Below, piece by piece: positions 21,193 through 31,516 of a stretch of DNA of 64,000 nt. The stretch is from positions 97,152 to 161,151 of the forward strand of contig CAVWLW010000073.1 of NCBI GenBank assembly GCA_963755715.1, written 5' to 3'. Source of the DNA: an uncultured delta proteobacterium. GTDB lineage: Bacteria > Desulfobacterota > Binatia > UBA9968. The position numbers and the translations under genes were made by a program. Positions within the stretch are counted from its first letter, which is position 1; each line of letters starts with the position of its first letter. Below the pieces are notes generated by a model, which was given only the letters and a program-made list of their open reading frames with translations, did not search any database and was not told the DNA's origin.

Positions 21193-22698
21193 TTACTCCT
21201 CCCATGATTTAGGAACCGAGAAATAAAAGGTTGCGCCTTGATCGACCAGACCTTCAGCCCAGACCCTGCCGCCGTGACGATGGATAATGCGCTGAACGGT
21301 AGCCAGTCCTATACCCGTGCCTTCAAATTCTTCAGCCCGGTGCAGACGTTGGAATACGCCAAATAGCTTATTTACATACTTCATGTCGAAACCGACTCCA
21401 TTGTCTCTAATGAAAACGACGATATCGTTTTCCTTCCCATCGACGCAGCCAATCTCAATCTCGGGTTGCGGGCGTTTGCGCGTAAATTTAACCGCGTTGG
21501 ATACGAGATTCACCAGTGCAAGTCGCAGCATCGCACGGTCGCCATACAAATTGGGCAATGCGTCAATTCTCCAACCCACATTGTGCCCATCTGTCTCCGG
21601 TCGTACTTCACTTAAGACTTCTTTCACAAGCTGTTCGAGGCTCACCATTGTTTTTTGGGTCTCAGCACGTCCGATTCTTGAAAAGGCCAGCAGGTCATCG
21701 ATCAAGTCGCCCATTCGTTTTGCCGATTCCAGTATCATCGTCATATACCGGCGGCTCTTTTCATCGAAACTTGAAGAGGCGTTTTTTTGAAGCAGCTCTG
21801 CATACCCGGCCATATGGCGAAGTGGCGCGCGCAGGTCATGCGATATGGAATAAGCAAATGCTTCTAATTCTTTATTGACCATTTCAAGGTCTCCGGTGCG
21901 CTCGACGACCCTTTGTTCGAGCTCTTCGTTCAGTTTGCGAATTTCTCCTTCCGCTCGCTTGCGCTCGGTGACGTCATTGTTTGTCTCCAGGATCGCGTCG
22001 GGCTGCCCCTGGGCATTGCGCTGCAGCGCCCACCTGCTCCCCACAATGAGTTTTGTCCCGTCCAGTTTTGTGTGGGTAAGATCTCCTTCCCAGCGGCCAC
22101 TACGCAGCAACTCCGCGTTAATCTCTTCAAGCGGTGCGGGAAAGATCGTTTGCAACAAGTCGTGAGTGCGCCGCCCAACCGCGTCCTCTGCCGTCCACCC
22201 GTACAACTCCCGAGCCCCTCGATTCCAGTAAGTGATGACATCGCTCATATCGCGGACGAAGACCGTATCATGCGTCAGATTGAGAAGGCTCGCCTGCTGG
22301 GTTCGCTCAGCCACTTCAATCTCGAGTTTATCCCGCGCCTCCCGAAGCTCTCGCTCGATCCGGCGTCGCCTGGAGCTGAACCACGCCATTATGAATCCGA
22401 ATAAAATAAAGAGGACAAATAAAGGGCGATCAGCAGGATGGACGTAGAAACTGAACCGGGGCTCCGCAAAAAAGTATTCGAAGCTCAGGACTGCCACTAA
22501 AAGCGCGAGGGCACCCGGCCCGTTCCCCGCATACCAAATCGTTATGGCTATGGCGCCGAGCAAAAGCGGGAATTCGAGGTTGGGGATCGCGTAGACTTGC
22601 GCGAGGAGCGCCAACCCCAATGCGATTGCAACGGAGACGATTGCCAAGCCGAATTTCAGCACTGTGACGCGCGGCGATGAAATTTCAGGTTTCGACAT
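21193..22698 (-). CDS. Membrane sensor kinase DUF4118-like TM-PAS-HisKA-HATPase (Cph1/bacteriophytochrome-type kinase core)
   Basis: AFAYSISHDLRAPLRH; NAVKFT; LFGVFQRLH..EEFEGTGIGLA. Confidence 0.92.
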   Translation of the reverse strand: MSKPEISSPRVTVLKFGLAIVSVAIALGLALLAQVYAIPNLEFPLLLGAIAITIWYAGNGPGALALLVAVLSFEYFFAEPRFSFYVHPADRPLFVLFILFGFIMAWFSSRRRRIERELREARDKLEIEVAERTQQASLLNLTHDTVFVRDMSDVITYWNRGARELYGWTAEDAVGRRTHDLLQTIFPAPLEEINAELLRSGRWEGDLTHTKLDGTKLIVGSRWALQRNAQGQPDAILETNNDVTERKRAEGEIRKLNEELEQRVVERTGDLEMVNKELEAFAYSISHDLRAPLRHMAGYAELLQKNASSSFDEKSRRYMTMILESAKRMGDLIDDLLAFSRIGRAETQKTMVSLEQLVKEVLSEVRPETDGHNVGWRIDALPNLYGDRAMLRLALVNLVSNAVKFTRKRPQPEIEIGCVDGKENDIVVFIRDNGVGFDMKYVNKLFGVFQRLHRAEEFEGTGIGLATVQRIIHRHGGRVWAEGLVDQGATFYFSVPKSWEE

Positions 22699-22764
22699 GC
22701 CTTTGCAGCCTCAGATGTTCATCCTGGTCTTGTTCCACGATAAGGGCGACTGCGTCTGCCTCAG

Positions 22765-24690
22765 TCATGACGCCGTCCCGTCACCAGCCGGCAAGGTGAA
22801 TTGAAATACAGCGCCTCTGTCGTCATTCGCTGTCGCCCAGAGTCGCCCGCCGTGCGCCTCGACAATTGAGCGGCTGATGGCCAGTCCCAGGCCCATGCCG
22901 TGAGGCTTGGTTGTATAGAAAGCCTGGAAGAGGCCATCGAGACTACCCGGATCCAAGCCAGGACCCGAATCTCGAACTGCCACCAACACGCTCTCCGAAT
23001 CATCTTTGGCGCAACCGATTAACAACTCTCGCGGCGCATCGCTGATTCCGTTCATCGCGTCGATGGCGTTGATCATCAAGTTGAGAATCACTTGTTGCAA
23101 TTGAATTCGATCTCCCAGAATGCGCGGCACGTCATCGGACAGTTGGGTTTGTAGTGACACGCGATTCTCATACACTTCGCTGCCCACTAGCGCGATGACT
23201 TCACGTATCGTTTCGTTGAGGTCGACCCAGTCTTTCCGCGATGGAGTTTTGTTGACGAAGGCGCGAATCCGGCCGATGATTTCGCCGGCACGATGACCGT
23301 CTGCGATGATACGCGCGGCGGACTCTCGGGCCTCCTCCAGGTTCTGCGCCGCGAGCCAGCGCAAGCAAGCACTGGCGTTGTTGACCACTGCGGTAAGCGG
23401 CTGGTTGATTTCATGGGCGATAGAGGCTGACATTTCTCCCAGCATGGCCACTCGCGTGACGTGGGCCAACTCTGCCTGTGCATGGTACAGCGCGTCTTCG
23501 GCCTGCTTGCGCTCGGTCACGTCCATCACGGTACCCACGGCCTCTACGAGATCGCCGGATGCGTTGAAAACAGGATGACCTATGGCATGGATGTATTTCA
23601 TCGCACCGTCTGGCAGAACGATTCGGCAATCCAGTTCGTAGCCCGTCCTCTCGCTGACTGCTCGCTCGAGGATTTCGGCGGCCTTGGCTCGATCGTCCGG
23701 ATGAATCCGCTGGCGAAATGTTTCGAATGACGGCATCCCGTGTTCTGGATCGAAGCCGAATATGCGGAAGTGTTCCAGCGACCAGTGGACGATCTGTCTG
23801 GTGGCGACATTGAATGCCCAACTGCCCGTATGGCTCAGTCTCTGCCCCTCAGCCAAATAGGTTTCAGTGCGATGGAGAGACTCGTTTGCCCGCGCCAATT
23901 CTGCGGTTCGTTCTGCGACCAACCCCTCCAGATCGTCATGAGCACGATGGAGCGCCTGCTCTGTCTGCCGGCGCACGGCGATCTCGCCCTCCAATTGGGC
24001 GTTTTGCCTGGCAAGCTGCTCAAGCATGCCGTTGACTGTTTGTGCAAGAGTGTCGAGTTCGCCCGATCCGCTTGGCGTTGCGACGCGGCGTGAGAGATCG
24101 CCTTCGACGATGGCCGACGCCGTGCGGCTGATTTCATGCACCTCGAAAAGCAGCGCACGTCGAATCATCCAGCCGAAAGCAGCACCCAGGACCAACACGA
24201 GGCCCATTGCGCCTGCAAGCCCATACCAGAAGCGGTCGACGAGCGACTCGAAGCGGACGCTTTCGCGGCCCATCAGAAGGTGGTACCCGCCCGGTAACGT
24301 CACATGCGAAGCGACTACCCGCATCGTCGATCCGCCGCGCAGACCTATCACCAGTCCATACGTTCCGGGTGCGTCGGGGACCTCGGCGGGCCACGCGGTC
24401 AAATTTCCAGCGAGCCGCAGTTTCGACGCGTCTGCGAAGACCATGATTTCGTCCCTGGGCAAGCTTCTCGCCTGTGACTCCATCGCTGTAGTAAGTCCCT
24501 TCGCGCCTTCGCTGTGGAACACCTCGACCAGGCGTTGCAGGTCCTCTCCCTGAACGTACGCCCTGAAGGTCGAGAGGTTCGCGCGCCAGGCATACCAAAG
24601 CGGAATCGCAAACAAGGCGAGCATGAGCACGCTGAGGACGACGTAAGCAAGCGCTAACCTGGAAGGAGAGAGGCGGAAGAATCTGATCAT
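22765..24690 (-). CDS. Sensor kinase TM-periplasmic-TM-HAMP-PAS-HisKA-HATPase (NodV-like core)
   Basis: Two TMs; HAMP GDLSRRV..SGELDTLAQTVNGML; SIAHEINQPL; GMGLGLAISRSIVEAHGG. Confidence 0.9.
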   Translation of the reverse strand: MIRFFRLSPSRLALAYVVLSVLMLALFAIPLWYAWRANLSTFRAYVQGEDLQRLVEVFHSEGAKGLTTAMESQARSLPRDEIMVFADASKLRLAGNLTAWPAEVPDAPGTYGLVIGLRGGSTMRVVASHVTLPGGYHLLMGRESVRFESLVDRFWYGLAGAMGLVLVLGAAFGWMIRRALLFEVHEISRTASAIVEGDLSRRVATPSGSGELDTLAQTVNGMLEQLARQNAQLEGEIAVRRQTEQALHRAHDDLEGLVAERTAELARANESLHRTETYLAEGQRLSHTGSWAFNVATRQIVHWSLEHFRIFGFDPEHGMPSFETFRQRIHPDDRAKAAEILERAVSERTGYELDCRIVLPDGAMKYIHAIGHPVFNASGDLVEAVGTVMDVTERKQAEDALYHAQAELAHVTRVAMLGEMSASIAHEINQPLTAVVNNASACLRWLAAQNLEEARESAARIIADGHRAGEIIGRIRAFVNKTPSRKDWVDLNETIREVIALVGSEVYENRVSLQTQLSDDVPRILGDRIQLQQVILNLMINAIDAMNGISDAPRELLIGCAKDDSESVLVAVRDSGPGLDPGSLDGLFQAFYTTKPHGMGLGLAISRSIVEAHGGRLWATANDDRGAVFQFTLPAGDGTAS

Positions 24691-24870
24691 AGGTCTTCGG
24701 TATTCAGCCGGCGCGGAGTTCACCTACGCGCGGCTAATCTCCAATGATATAACCGCCGGGGTCCAGCGGGTTGTGATCGTAATGGAATGACGGGGTGTTA
24801 ATTGGTACTGCACAAAAGTCTCCAACGTATCGGCAAGCCTTGCGTCTCCGGCGATCATTCGAATACTTGG

Positions 24871-27699
24871 TCAACGGTCGTGGGTAAAGCACGTCCCGTC
24901 TTCCTTCAAAAGCGTAAATTGAAACGTCGCGCCGGGACCATCATTCGGTACGGCCCACAGCTTCCCGCCGTGGTTCTCAACAATCGATCGGCTGATCGCC
25001 AGTCCCATACCCATGCCTTGCGGCTTGGTGGTGTAGAAAGTATCGAAGATCTTATCGAGATTCCGTGGGTCGATCCCGATCCCGGAGTCTTGGACGGCGA
25101 GGAGCACGTTATCGGATTCTTGCGCAGAGGATCGAATAACCATCTCCCGCGGTCGATCCGCGACAGTATTCATGGCTTCGATACCGTTCATCACCAGATT
25201 AAGAATCACTTGTTGTAACTGTATCCGATCTCCCAACACAGGCGGGACATCGGCGGCCAAATCGATTCGTAGCGCCACACCTTTTCGCACCGCTTCATTT
25301 TGCATGAGTAGGACGACCTCTTGAACGGTTTGGTTAATATCCAGCCGGGTCTTCTCCGGATCCGTTTTCTGAACAAGCGTCCGAATCCGGGTAATGACGT
25401 CACTCGCGCGTTTGCCATCACGGACAATACGCAGCAAAGCTTCCCGCGCTTCATCGAGGTTTGGGGTCGCCGCAGCAAGCCAGCGCAGAGAGGCATTGGC
25501 GTTGGCGATGACGGCAGCAAGGGGCTGGTTGACTTCGTGGGCAATAGACGCCGTCAATTCTCCCATTGTCGTCACCCGTGTGACATGCGCGAGTTCCGCC
25601 TGCGCCTGACGCAACGCTTCTTCGGCGCGCTTACTCGCCGTAACGTCCATCACCGTGCCAACATACTCGAGGTTCATCGATTCATCTCTTACGGCAAGCG
25701 CCACAACGTGGACGTATTTGACAGATCCATCCGGCAGGAGGAATCGATTTTCAAAATCCATATCCGTTCCGCCCTGGACTCCGCGATCGAGAGTCTCTTG
25801 TACCCGAGCGATATCTTCCGGATGAATCCGTTGGAATACCATTTCGAGTGTTGGCTTAGCTCCTTGATCGACCCCAAGAATTCTATACATTTGGTCCGAC
25901 CAGAAGAGTTCTCCACTGGTAACATTCCAGCCGAAACTTCCCGTATGACTCAATCTCTGTGCTTCAGCTAAGTAGGCCTCGCTTTGCCGGATCTTCTCTT
26001 CCGTCTGCTTGCGCTCGATGCCCTGGGCGATGGCGTCGGCGACCGATGCGAGGGCGTCGAGTGTGGCCGCTGAAAGCCGCCGGCGAGCGAACATCGCCAT
26101 CACTCCGACTACACGATCCTGGACCATGAGCGGATAGCCGGCGAAGGAAACCATTACCTCATTTTGTGCCCAGGCCTTGTCGCTTACCCACGGATCGTTT
26201 AGGACGTCATTGGTCAAATGGGGTTTCTTCTCTTGAGCGATCACACCGATCTTCAGCTTTCCGACCTGGATGTGGCTGTGCGGACCGTCGAGATGCGTGT
26301 ACATCCCGGCACTGGCCTGCAGTTCCAAAAGGTTTTTATCTGTGTTGAGGGTCCAGATTCGCGCGAAGGCCGCGTCGAGGTGGCGCACGATCGCCTCTGC
26401 GCATCCGCGCAAAATCTCTCGCGAATGGGCTGGCTTGGAAAGAGCAGCGCTCACATCAGCGCGAACACTCGCCTGACGTGCCTGTGCGGCGCGAATTTCC
26501 TCCGCTTGCTTGCGGTCCTCGATATCGGTATTCGTCCCATACCATCTAACGATGTTTCCCGTCTCGTCATGCAGCGGTACAGTGCGGAACAGAAACCAGC
26601 GATACTCGCCGTCAAATCTCCGCATGCGCGCTTCAGATTCATTCGGTGCTCCAGAAGCCAGGCTTGTGCGCCATTTCTCCACTAAGTTTGTCGAATCTTC
26701 GGGATGAATTGCGACCGTCCAGCCCCAGCCCTGCGCTTCTCCCGCAGAGAGGCCCGTGTAATCGTGCCAGCGTTGATTGAGGAATTCGGCGGAGCCGTCG
26801 GGCAGAGCGCACCACGCCAGCGCAGGGATTGTGTCGATGATGATTCGAAGTTGATCTTCCGATTTTTTGATTTCGACGAGCGCCTTTTCCAAAGCAGCGT
26901 TCGCATGGTGCTGCTCGGTGATGTCCATCACCGAGCCGACATACTCCAGCTTCCCCGAATCATCTCTCACGGCATGCGCCACAATGTGGACGTACTTGAC
27001 AGATCCATCAGGCAAGAGGAATCGATGTTCGAAATCCAGATCCATTCCGTTCTGAATTCCGAGATCGAGAGTCTCTCGTACGAAGACGATGTCTTCCGGA
27101 TGAATCCGTTGAAACACCCGTTCGAGTGTTGGCTTAGTCGCTAGGTCATATCCAGCAATTCGATATGTTTCTTCGGACCAGAAAATTTCTTCTGTAGAAA
27201 CGCTCCACGCGAAACTGCCAGTCTGGCTTAATTCCTGCGCTTCAGCCAAGAGAGCTTCGCTGCGTCGCAATTCAGTGGTCCGCTCCGCCACTTTCATTTC
27301 AAGTTCATTGCGGGCCTGGCGAAGCTCTAGCTCGCTCCGGCGCAAGGCTGCCTCGGCTCGCCTCCGGAACGTGGCGCCGCAGCCAACAGCCACTCCTGTC
27401 ATTCCGAACGTCAGAAAGCGGGGCAGGTCGAAGAACCCCGCGATCAACGGATAGTTCATGGCTATCAGCTGAGGCAGTGCGAACGTGGCGAGCAGCGCGG
27501 CGAGAAACCCCGGCCCCGCACCGCCGAACCATGCTGCGGCGACGATGCCAGCCAGGAACAGCCCGGTTGGATGAAGAAAAGGTCCGATGACCGAAATGTG
27601 GAGCAACACAGCGACTGCGACACAAACAGGGGCCAGCGCATACCGCGAGGCCGTGGATTCTTCCAGCTTCGCCAGGAAGCGATGAGTACCGTCAGCCAT
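24871..27699 (-). CDS. Multi-sensor kinase DUF4118-like TM-PAS-PAS-GAF-PAS-HisKA-HATPase (NodV-like)
   Basis: AWFGGAGPGFLAALLA TM block; repeated IHPED/DITE PAS-PAC units; SIAHEVNQPL. Confidence 0.92.
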   Translation of the reverse strand: MADGTHRFLAKLEESTASRYALAPVCVAVAVLLHISVIGPFLHPTGLFLAGIVAAAWFGGAGPGFLAALLATFALPQLIAMNYPLIAGFFDLPRFLTFGMTGVAVGCGATFRRRAEAALRRSELELRQARNELEMKVAERTTELRRSEALLAEAQELSQTGSFAWSVSTEEIFWSEETYRIAGYDLATKPTLERVFQRIHPEDIVFVRETLDLGIQNGMDLDFEHRFLLPDGSVKYVHIVAHAVRDDSGKLEYVGSVMDITEQHHANAALEKALVEIKKSEDQLRIIIDTIPALAWCALPDGSAEFLNQRWHDYTGLSAGEAQGWGWTVAIHPEDSTNLVEKWRTSLASGAPNESEARMRRFDGEYRWFLFRTVPLHDETGNIVRWYGTNTDIEDRKQAEEIRAAQARQASVRADVSAALSKPAHSREILRGCAEAIVRHLDAAFARIWTLNTDKNLLELQASAGMYTHLDGPHSHIQVGKLKIGVIAQEKKPHLTNDVLNDPWVSDKAWAQNEVMVSFAGYPLMVQDRVVGVMAMFARRRLSAATLDALASVADAIAQGIERKQTEEKIRQSEAYLAEAQRLSHTGSFGWNVTSGELFWSDQMYRILGVDQGAKPTLEMVFQRIHPEDIARVQETLDRGVQGGTDMDFENRFLLPDGSVKYVHVVALAVRDESMNLEYVGTVMDVTASKRAEEALRQAQAELAHVTRVTTMGELTASIAHEVNQPLAAVIANANASLRWLAAATPNLDEAREALLRIVRDGKRASDVITRIRTLVQKTDPEKTRLDINQTVQEVVLLMQNEAVRKGVALRIDLAADVPPVLGDRIQLQQVILNLVMNGIEAMNTVADRPREMVIRSSAQESDNVLLAVQDSGIGIDPRNLDKIFDTFYTTKPQGMGMGLAISRSIVENHGGKLWAVPNDGPGATFQFTLLKEDGTCFTHDR

Positions 27700-27850
27700 G
27701 GCTGCTGACCTTCCATAGAACATAAGCCCTGAAGGTCGAGATGTTCATGCGCCTGGCATACCAGGGCGGAATGGGCAATATAGCGAGCACGGGCACGCTG
27801 AGCGCGATGTAACCGAGCGCCAACTGGGAGAAGCGGAAGAACCTGATCAT
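27692..27850 (-). pseudogene. Truncated 52-aa copy of the N-terminus of the HAMP kinase (24690-22765)
   Basis: MIRFFRFSQLALGYIALSVPVLAILPIPPWYARRMNISTFRAYV versus MIRFFRLSPSRLALAYVVLSVLMLALFAIPLWYAWRANLSTFRAYV. Confidence 0.8.
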
Positions 27851-27991
27851 ATGCGTTCGGTATTCAGCCGGCGTGAGTCCGCCTGGTCGTTATGGTACTG
27901 CACAAAGTCTCCAACATATCAGCACGCCTTGCACCTCCAGCGATTATCTCCAATGCATGGTCAGCGGTCGTGGGTAAAAGCACGTCCAGTC

Positions 27992-30113
27992 TTACTTCAA
28001 AAGCGTAAATTGAAACGTCGCCCCGGGACCGTCATTGGGCACGGCCCAAAGCCGTCCGCCGTGGTTCTCAACAATCGAGCGGCTGATCGCCAGTCCCATC
28101 CCCATTCCCTGCGACTTAGTGGTGTAGAAACTATCGAAGATCTTGTCGAGATTCTGTGAATCGATTCCAACACCGGAGTCTTGGACAGCGACGAGCACTT
28201 TGTCGGATTCGTGCGCAGAGGATCGAATAATCATCTCTCGCGGTCGGTCCGTGACAGTATTCATGGCTTCGATACCGTTCATCACCAGATTAAGAATCAC
28301 TTGTTGCAATTGGATTCGATCGCCCGATACACGGGGGAGACTGGCCGCCAGGTTCATCTTCAGCACCACGCCGGATTTTTGTATTTCGCTGTGCGTCAGA
28401 CTCACAACTTCTTGGATGACTTCGTTAATGTCCAGAAGCGTCTTCTCAGTGTCGCCTTTTTGGACCAATGCACGGATGCGTCTGATCACATCGCTGGCCC
28501 GGTTGCCGTCTCTGACGATTCGCGATATCGCATCCCGCGCTTCGTCTAAGTTCGGTGTTGAATTGGCAAGCCAGCGGAAACAAGCGTTAGCATTAGCAAC
28601 CACGGCCGCAAGCGGCTGATTGATCTCATGAGCGATCGACGCGGTCAGTTCTCCCATGATCATAACCCGCCCTACGTGCGCCAGTTCGCCTTGCGCCTCG
28701 CGCAGAGCGTGTTCCGCGCGGCTGCGTTCCGCGCGCGTGCGCAGCGCAGTCACCCCATAGGCCAGATTATCCGCCAGCTCCGTGAACAGCTCCACTGCGC
28801 GTTCATCGAAAGCACTCGATTGTTCAGCGTAAAGAGTGAGGGCGCCAAACGGTTTGCCATCAGATATCAACGGCAGTGAGATGTTCGAACGGTAGCCCCG
28901 TTTCAGGGCCTCATCCCGCCACGGCGCGATACTCGAATCGGTTTCAATATTCTTGGTCCACGTAGGTTTGCCGGTCCGGATCGCAGTGCCGGTAGGCCCA
29001 TGACCTCTTTCAGTATCTTCCCAGGTAGCCTTGACGCTTTCTACGTACCCTTCGTCGTATCCTGCTTGCGCCACCGGCCGAATCGACTTTTCCAAGTCAA
29101 GCTCCCGGTAACCGACCCACGCCATCCGCAGTCCGCCGGCGTCCACGAGAATACGACAGGCCGCCTGCAAGAGTTCGTATTCATCCGTGGCATGAACCAG
29201 AGCCTGGTTGCATTGGTAAAGAGTCTGCAAGGTCCGGTTCAGCCTGGCCAACTTGTCTTCGGCTTGTTTGCGCTCCGTTACGTCGAGCAGCGCACCGGAA
29301 AACCTGACTAAGGTACCGTCCGTATTCCGGATCGCTTCGGCCATGCTTTGCACGAAGCGAATCGAGCCATCAGGGCGGATGATGCGATATTGGATATTGT
29401 AAGGCCTACCGTCGCGAACCAGCTGATCGTAACGTTCCATCGCATATTGTCGATCTTCGGGATCAACAATGCGCTCGACAAAATCTTTGCGAGCCCAGGC
29501 GCCGTTTTGCGGATTCAGGCCCAAGATGCGAAATATCTCATCTGACCAACGGCTCGCCCCAGTGAAGCAGATCGATTTCGTAGCTTCCCAGATGGGCGAT
29601 CCTCTGGGCCTGCTTGAGCTGGGCTTCGCTTGATCGGAGCGCTATCTCGGCTTCTTTTCGCTCAGTGATTTCTCGCTAGCAGCTCTTGGTTGGCGCGCTG
29701 AAGCTCCACGGTGCGCTCTTGCACCTTCAATTCCAGCTCGTCGCGGGCCTGCCGAAGTGACTCTCTGGCGCGCTTCTGACTTGCGCTCAACCAACTGATC
29801 GAGGCCGCAGAAAGGAAAAATACAATCATGCGCGGCAAGTCCTCCGCGCTCAAGGCTCCAGAGTATAGTAGGGCGACGTAAAGTGATAGTCGATCAGCCC
29901 GACTGAAAGTGAACTCGCGAGCAATCCGGGTCCAAGCCCGCCCAGCCAGCTGCTGAGCACGACTGCACAAAAGAACAATGAGTTGGGTGTGGGATCAAAG
30001 TAGGTCCTCAGCAACTCTTTGATAATAAGCGCGGTGGCGACAGATAAGACAGCGAGCCCGTACCTGAGAAGGATCGACGTGATGCGCCGTTTTGGCGTCC
30101 CAAACTTCGACAT
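27992..30113 (-). CDS. Sensor kinase DUF4118-like TM-PAS-GAF-HisKA-HATPase, frameshifted between ~29520 and ~29930
   Basis: LRYGLAVLSVATA...SSWLGGLGPGLLA; GAF HGPTGTAIRTGKP; SIAHEINQPL; pieces 29850-30113, 29662-29970 and 27992-29524. Confidence 0.85.
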
Positions 30114-30241
30114 AACTTTACGTCCAATTCACAGCATCTTATCCAAACGCAGCGAGCATGGATTGGCCATGCCGAACTCTTGGGTCGTTCGGGATTGCGT
30201 CAGTCGCGCACCAAGAGATATCTAACCGCGTCGCGCGGCGG

Positions 30242-30264
30242 GAATCTATTATACTTTCGTATAG
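30242..30264. promoter_or_regulatory. Conserved palindromic regulator box, copy 2, upstream of the kinase array
   Basis: GAATCTATTATACTTTCGTATAG. Confidence 0.7.
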
Positions 30265-30495
30265 TGTGTTGAAAGCGCCCACACAGCCAGATAGAAAATT
30301 CCGTGCTGGTCGGCTGAAGCTTTTGCAGCCACGCCGAAGCGGAATAAGCTTTAGCGCTGTACAGGGTTATGAAACGGTCCGTTCCGCTTCCGCGAGCCCG
30401 GAAGAACACTCAGCACTCTACGCTGCTTGGCCCCGGATCCATCGACTCGCAGTGAAATCGATCGAGACTGGCGCGAAGTTCGGACGCAATCCGTT

Positions 30496-30963
30496 CTAGC
30501 GGTGCTGTAATTCATCCAGCTGTTGCTGGCTCTGGTTGAGCCGTTCCTGAAGCTGTTGCTGGTTCAACTCACGCTCGTTTTGGAGTTGCTCTAGTTGGTC
30601 TGGCCGCCGCAGCTGTTGCTGGCGTAGTTGGTTCAACTGCTGATCGTCCTGCAGCCGCTTCAACTGCTGCTCGTTCTGTATTTGATTCAATTGCTGCTGA
30701 ACGTCATCGAGCCGGTCCTGTCGCTGAACGGGATTGGTTTGGCCGTGCTGTTGCAGTTGGTCCAACTGCCGCTGAACCTGATTTAATTGCTGATCGCGCT
30801 GGAGCTGGTCGAGCCGTTGTTGGTCGCGCAGCTCGTTCGCTTGCGCGCGCCCAAGAAACCGATTTCCCCCAAAAGGCTGAGCTGCAAAGGCTAACTCTCC
30901 GACCGGTAAAGCGTGAAACGATAAGATGATGAATGCGAATAAATAGAACTTCCCCATGGACAT
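30496..30963 (-). CDS. Secreted glutamine-rich coiled-coil repeat protein
   Basis: AAGGAAGG RBS; signal peptide ending AFA-A; repeated (D/E)QQL(N/D)QLQ units. Confidence 0.75.
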   Translation of the reverse strand: MSMGKFYLFAFIILSFHALPVGELAFAAQPFGGNRFLGRAQANELRDQQRLDQLQRDQQLNQVQRQLDQLQQHGQTNPVQRQDRLDDVQQQLNQIQNEQQLKRLQDDQQLNQLRQQQLRRPDQLEQLQNERELNQQQLQERLNQSQQQLDELQHR

Positions 30964-31017
30964 CCTTCCTTACCATCGTCTGTTGGCTCTGCACGCCGCC
31001 GACGATTGGGCTCAGGT

Positions 31018-31332
31018 TTAATCCGGTACAGTGTTTTCCCAGCGATACTGGTCCATCTGCTGCGCGTCCGGCTGATCTTGTCCGACGGAAGTCTCGCTAC
31101 AGGGGCCGTAATAGTCGATGACTTCGCCAGAGTTCGGGCGTTTAGGAACCAGCTGTTGGCCGGCGGGACCCTGCGTGGTCAGTGCCATAATCTCCATCCG
31201 ACAAAAGCTGTCGGAACCAGATTCCTCTTTGAAAAGGAGCCCGGGAATTTCTTTTGCGCTGACCGGCGTGTAAGTCGCCACAACGCTTCCACTCAGCAGC
31301 AGGGCTGCGAAAAAGAACTTTGCAGTTTTCAT
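31018..31332 (-). CDS. Secreted two-cysteine protein, 'VIDYYGPC' family, copy 2
   Basis: GAGGTGA RBS; signal peptide; SFCRMEIMAL...SGEVIDYYGPCSETSVGQDQ. Confidence 0.82.
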   Translation of the reverse strand: MKTAKFFFAALLLSGSVVATYTPVSAKEIPGLLFKEESGSDSFCRMEIMALTTQGPAGQQLVPKRPNSGEVIDYYGPCSETSVGQDQPDAQQMDQYRWENTVPD

Positions 31333-31371
31333 TTCTATCACCTCTGGGCGCGTCTCCTGACAATTACTAAA

Positions 31372-31386
31372 GCAAGGGCTGCGCCA
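31372..31386 (-). promoter_or_regulatory. sigma54 -24/-12 promoter
   Basis: TGGCGC-AGCCC-TTGC(T), 40 bp upstream of the ATG. Confidence 0.78.
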
Positions 31387-31482
31387 AACCGCCTCGACGC
31401 ATCTGCGGTGAGCAAATCTATCGTGAGTCGGGTAGTTACGGCCTAAGCGGCTGTTTTGGCGCTGATTGCGCGAACCTCGCCG

Positions 31483-31516
31483 TGACGAATTTTCGGCATG
31501 AGCTTAAATGTCGACA
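31483..31516. promoter_or_regulatory. Tandem enhancer-like site (candidate UAS)
   Basis: TGACGAATTTTCGGCA-TG-AGCTTAAATGTCGACA, ~97 bp upstream of the promoter. Confidence 0.62.

Noticed and set aside
21193-22698. Bacteriophytochrome
   Set aside because: Only the kinase core is Cph1-like; there is no PAS-GAF-PHY photosensory module.
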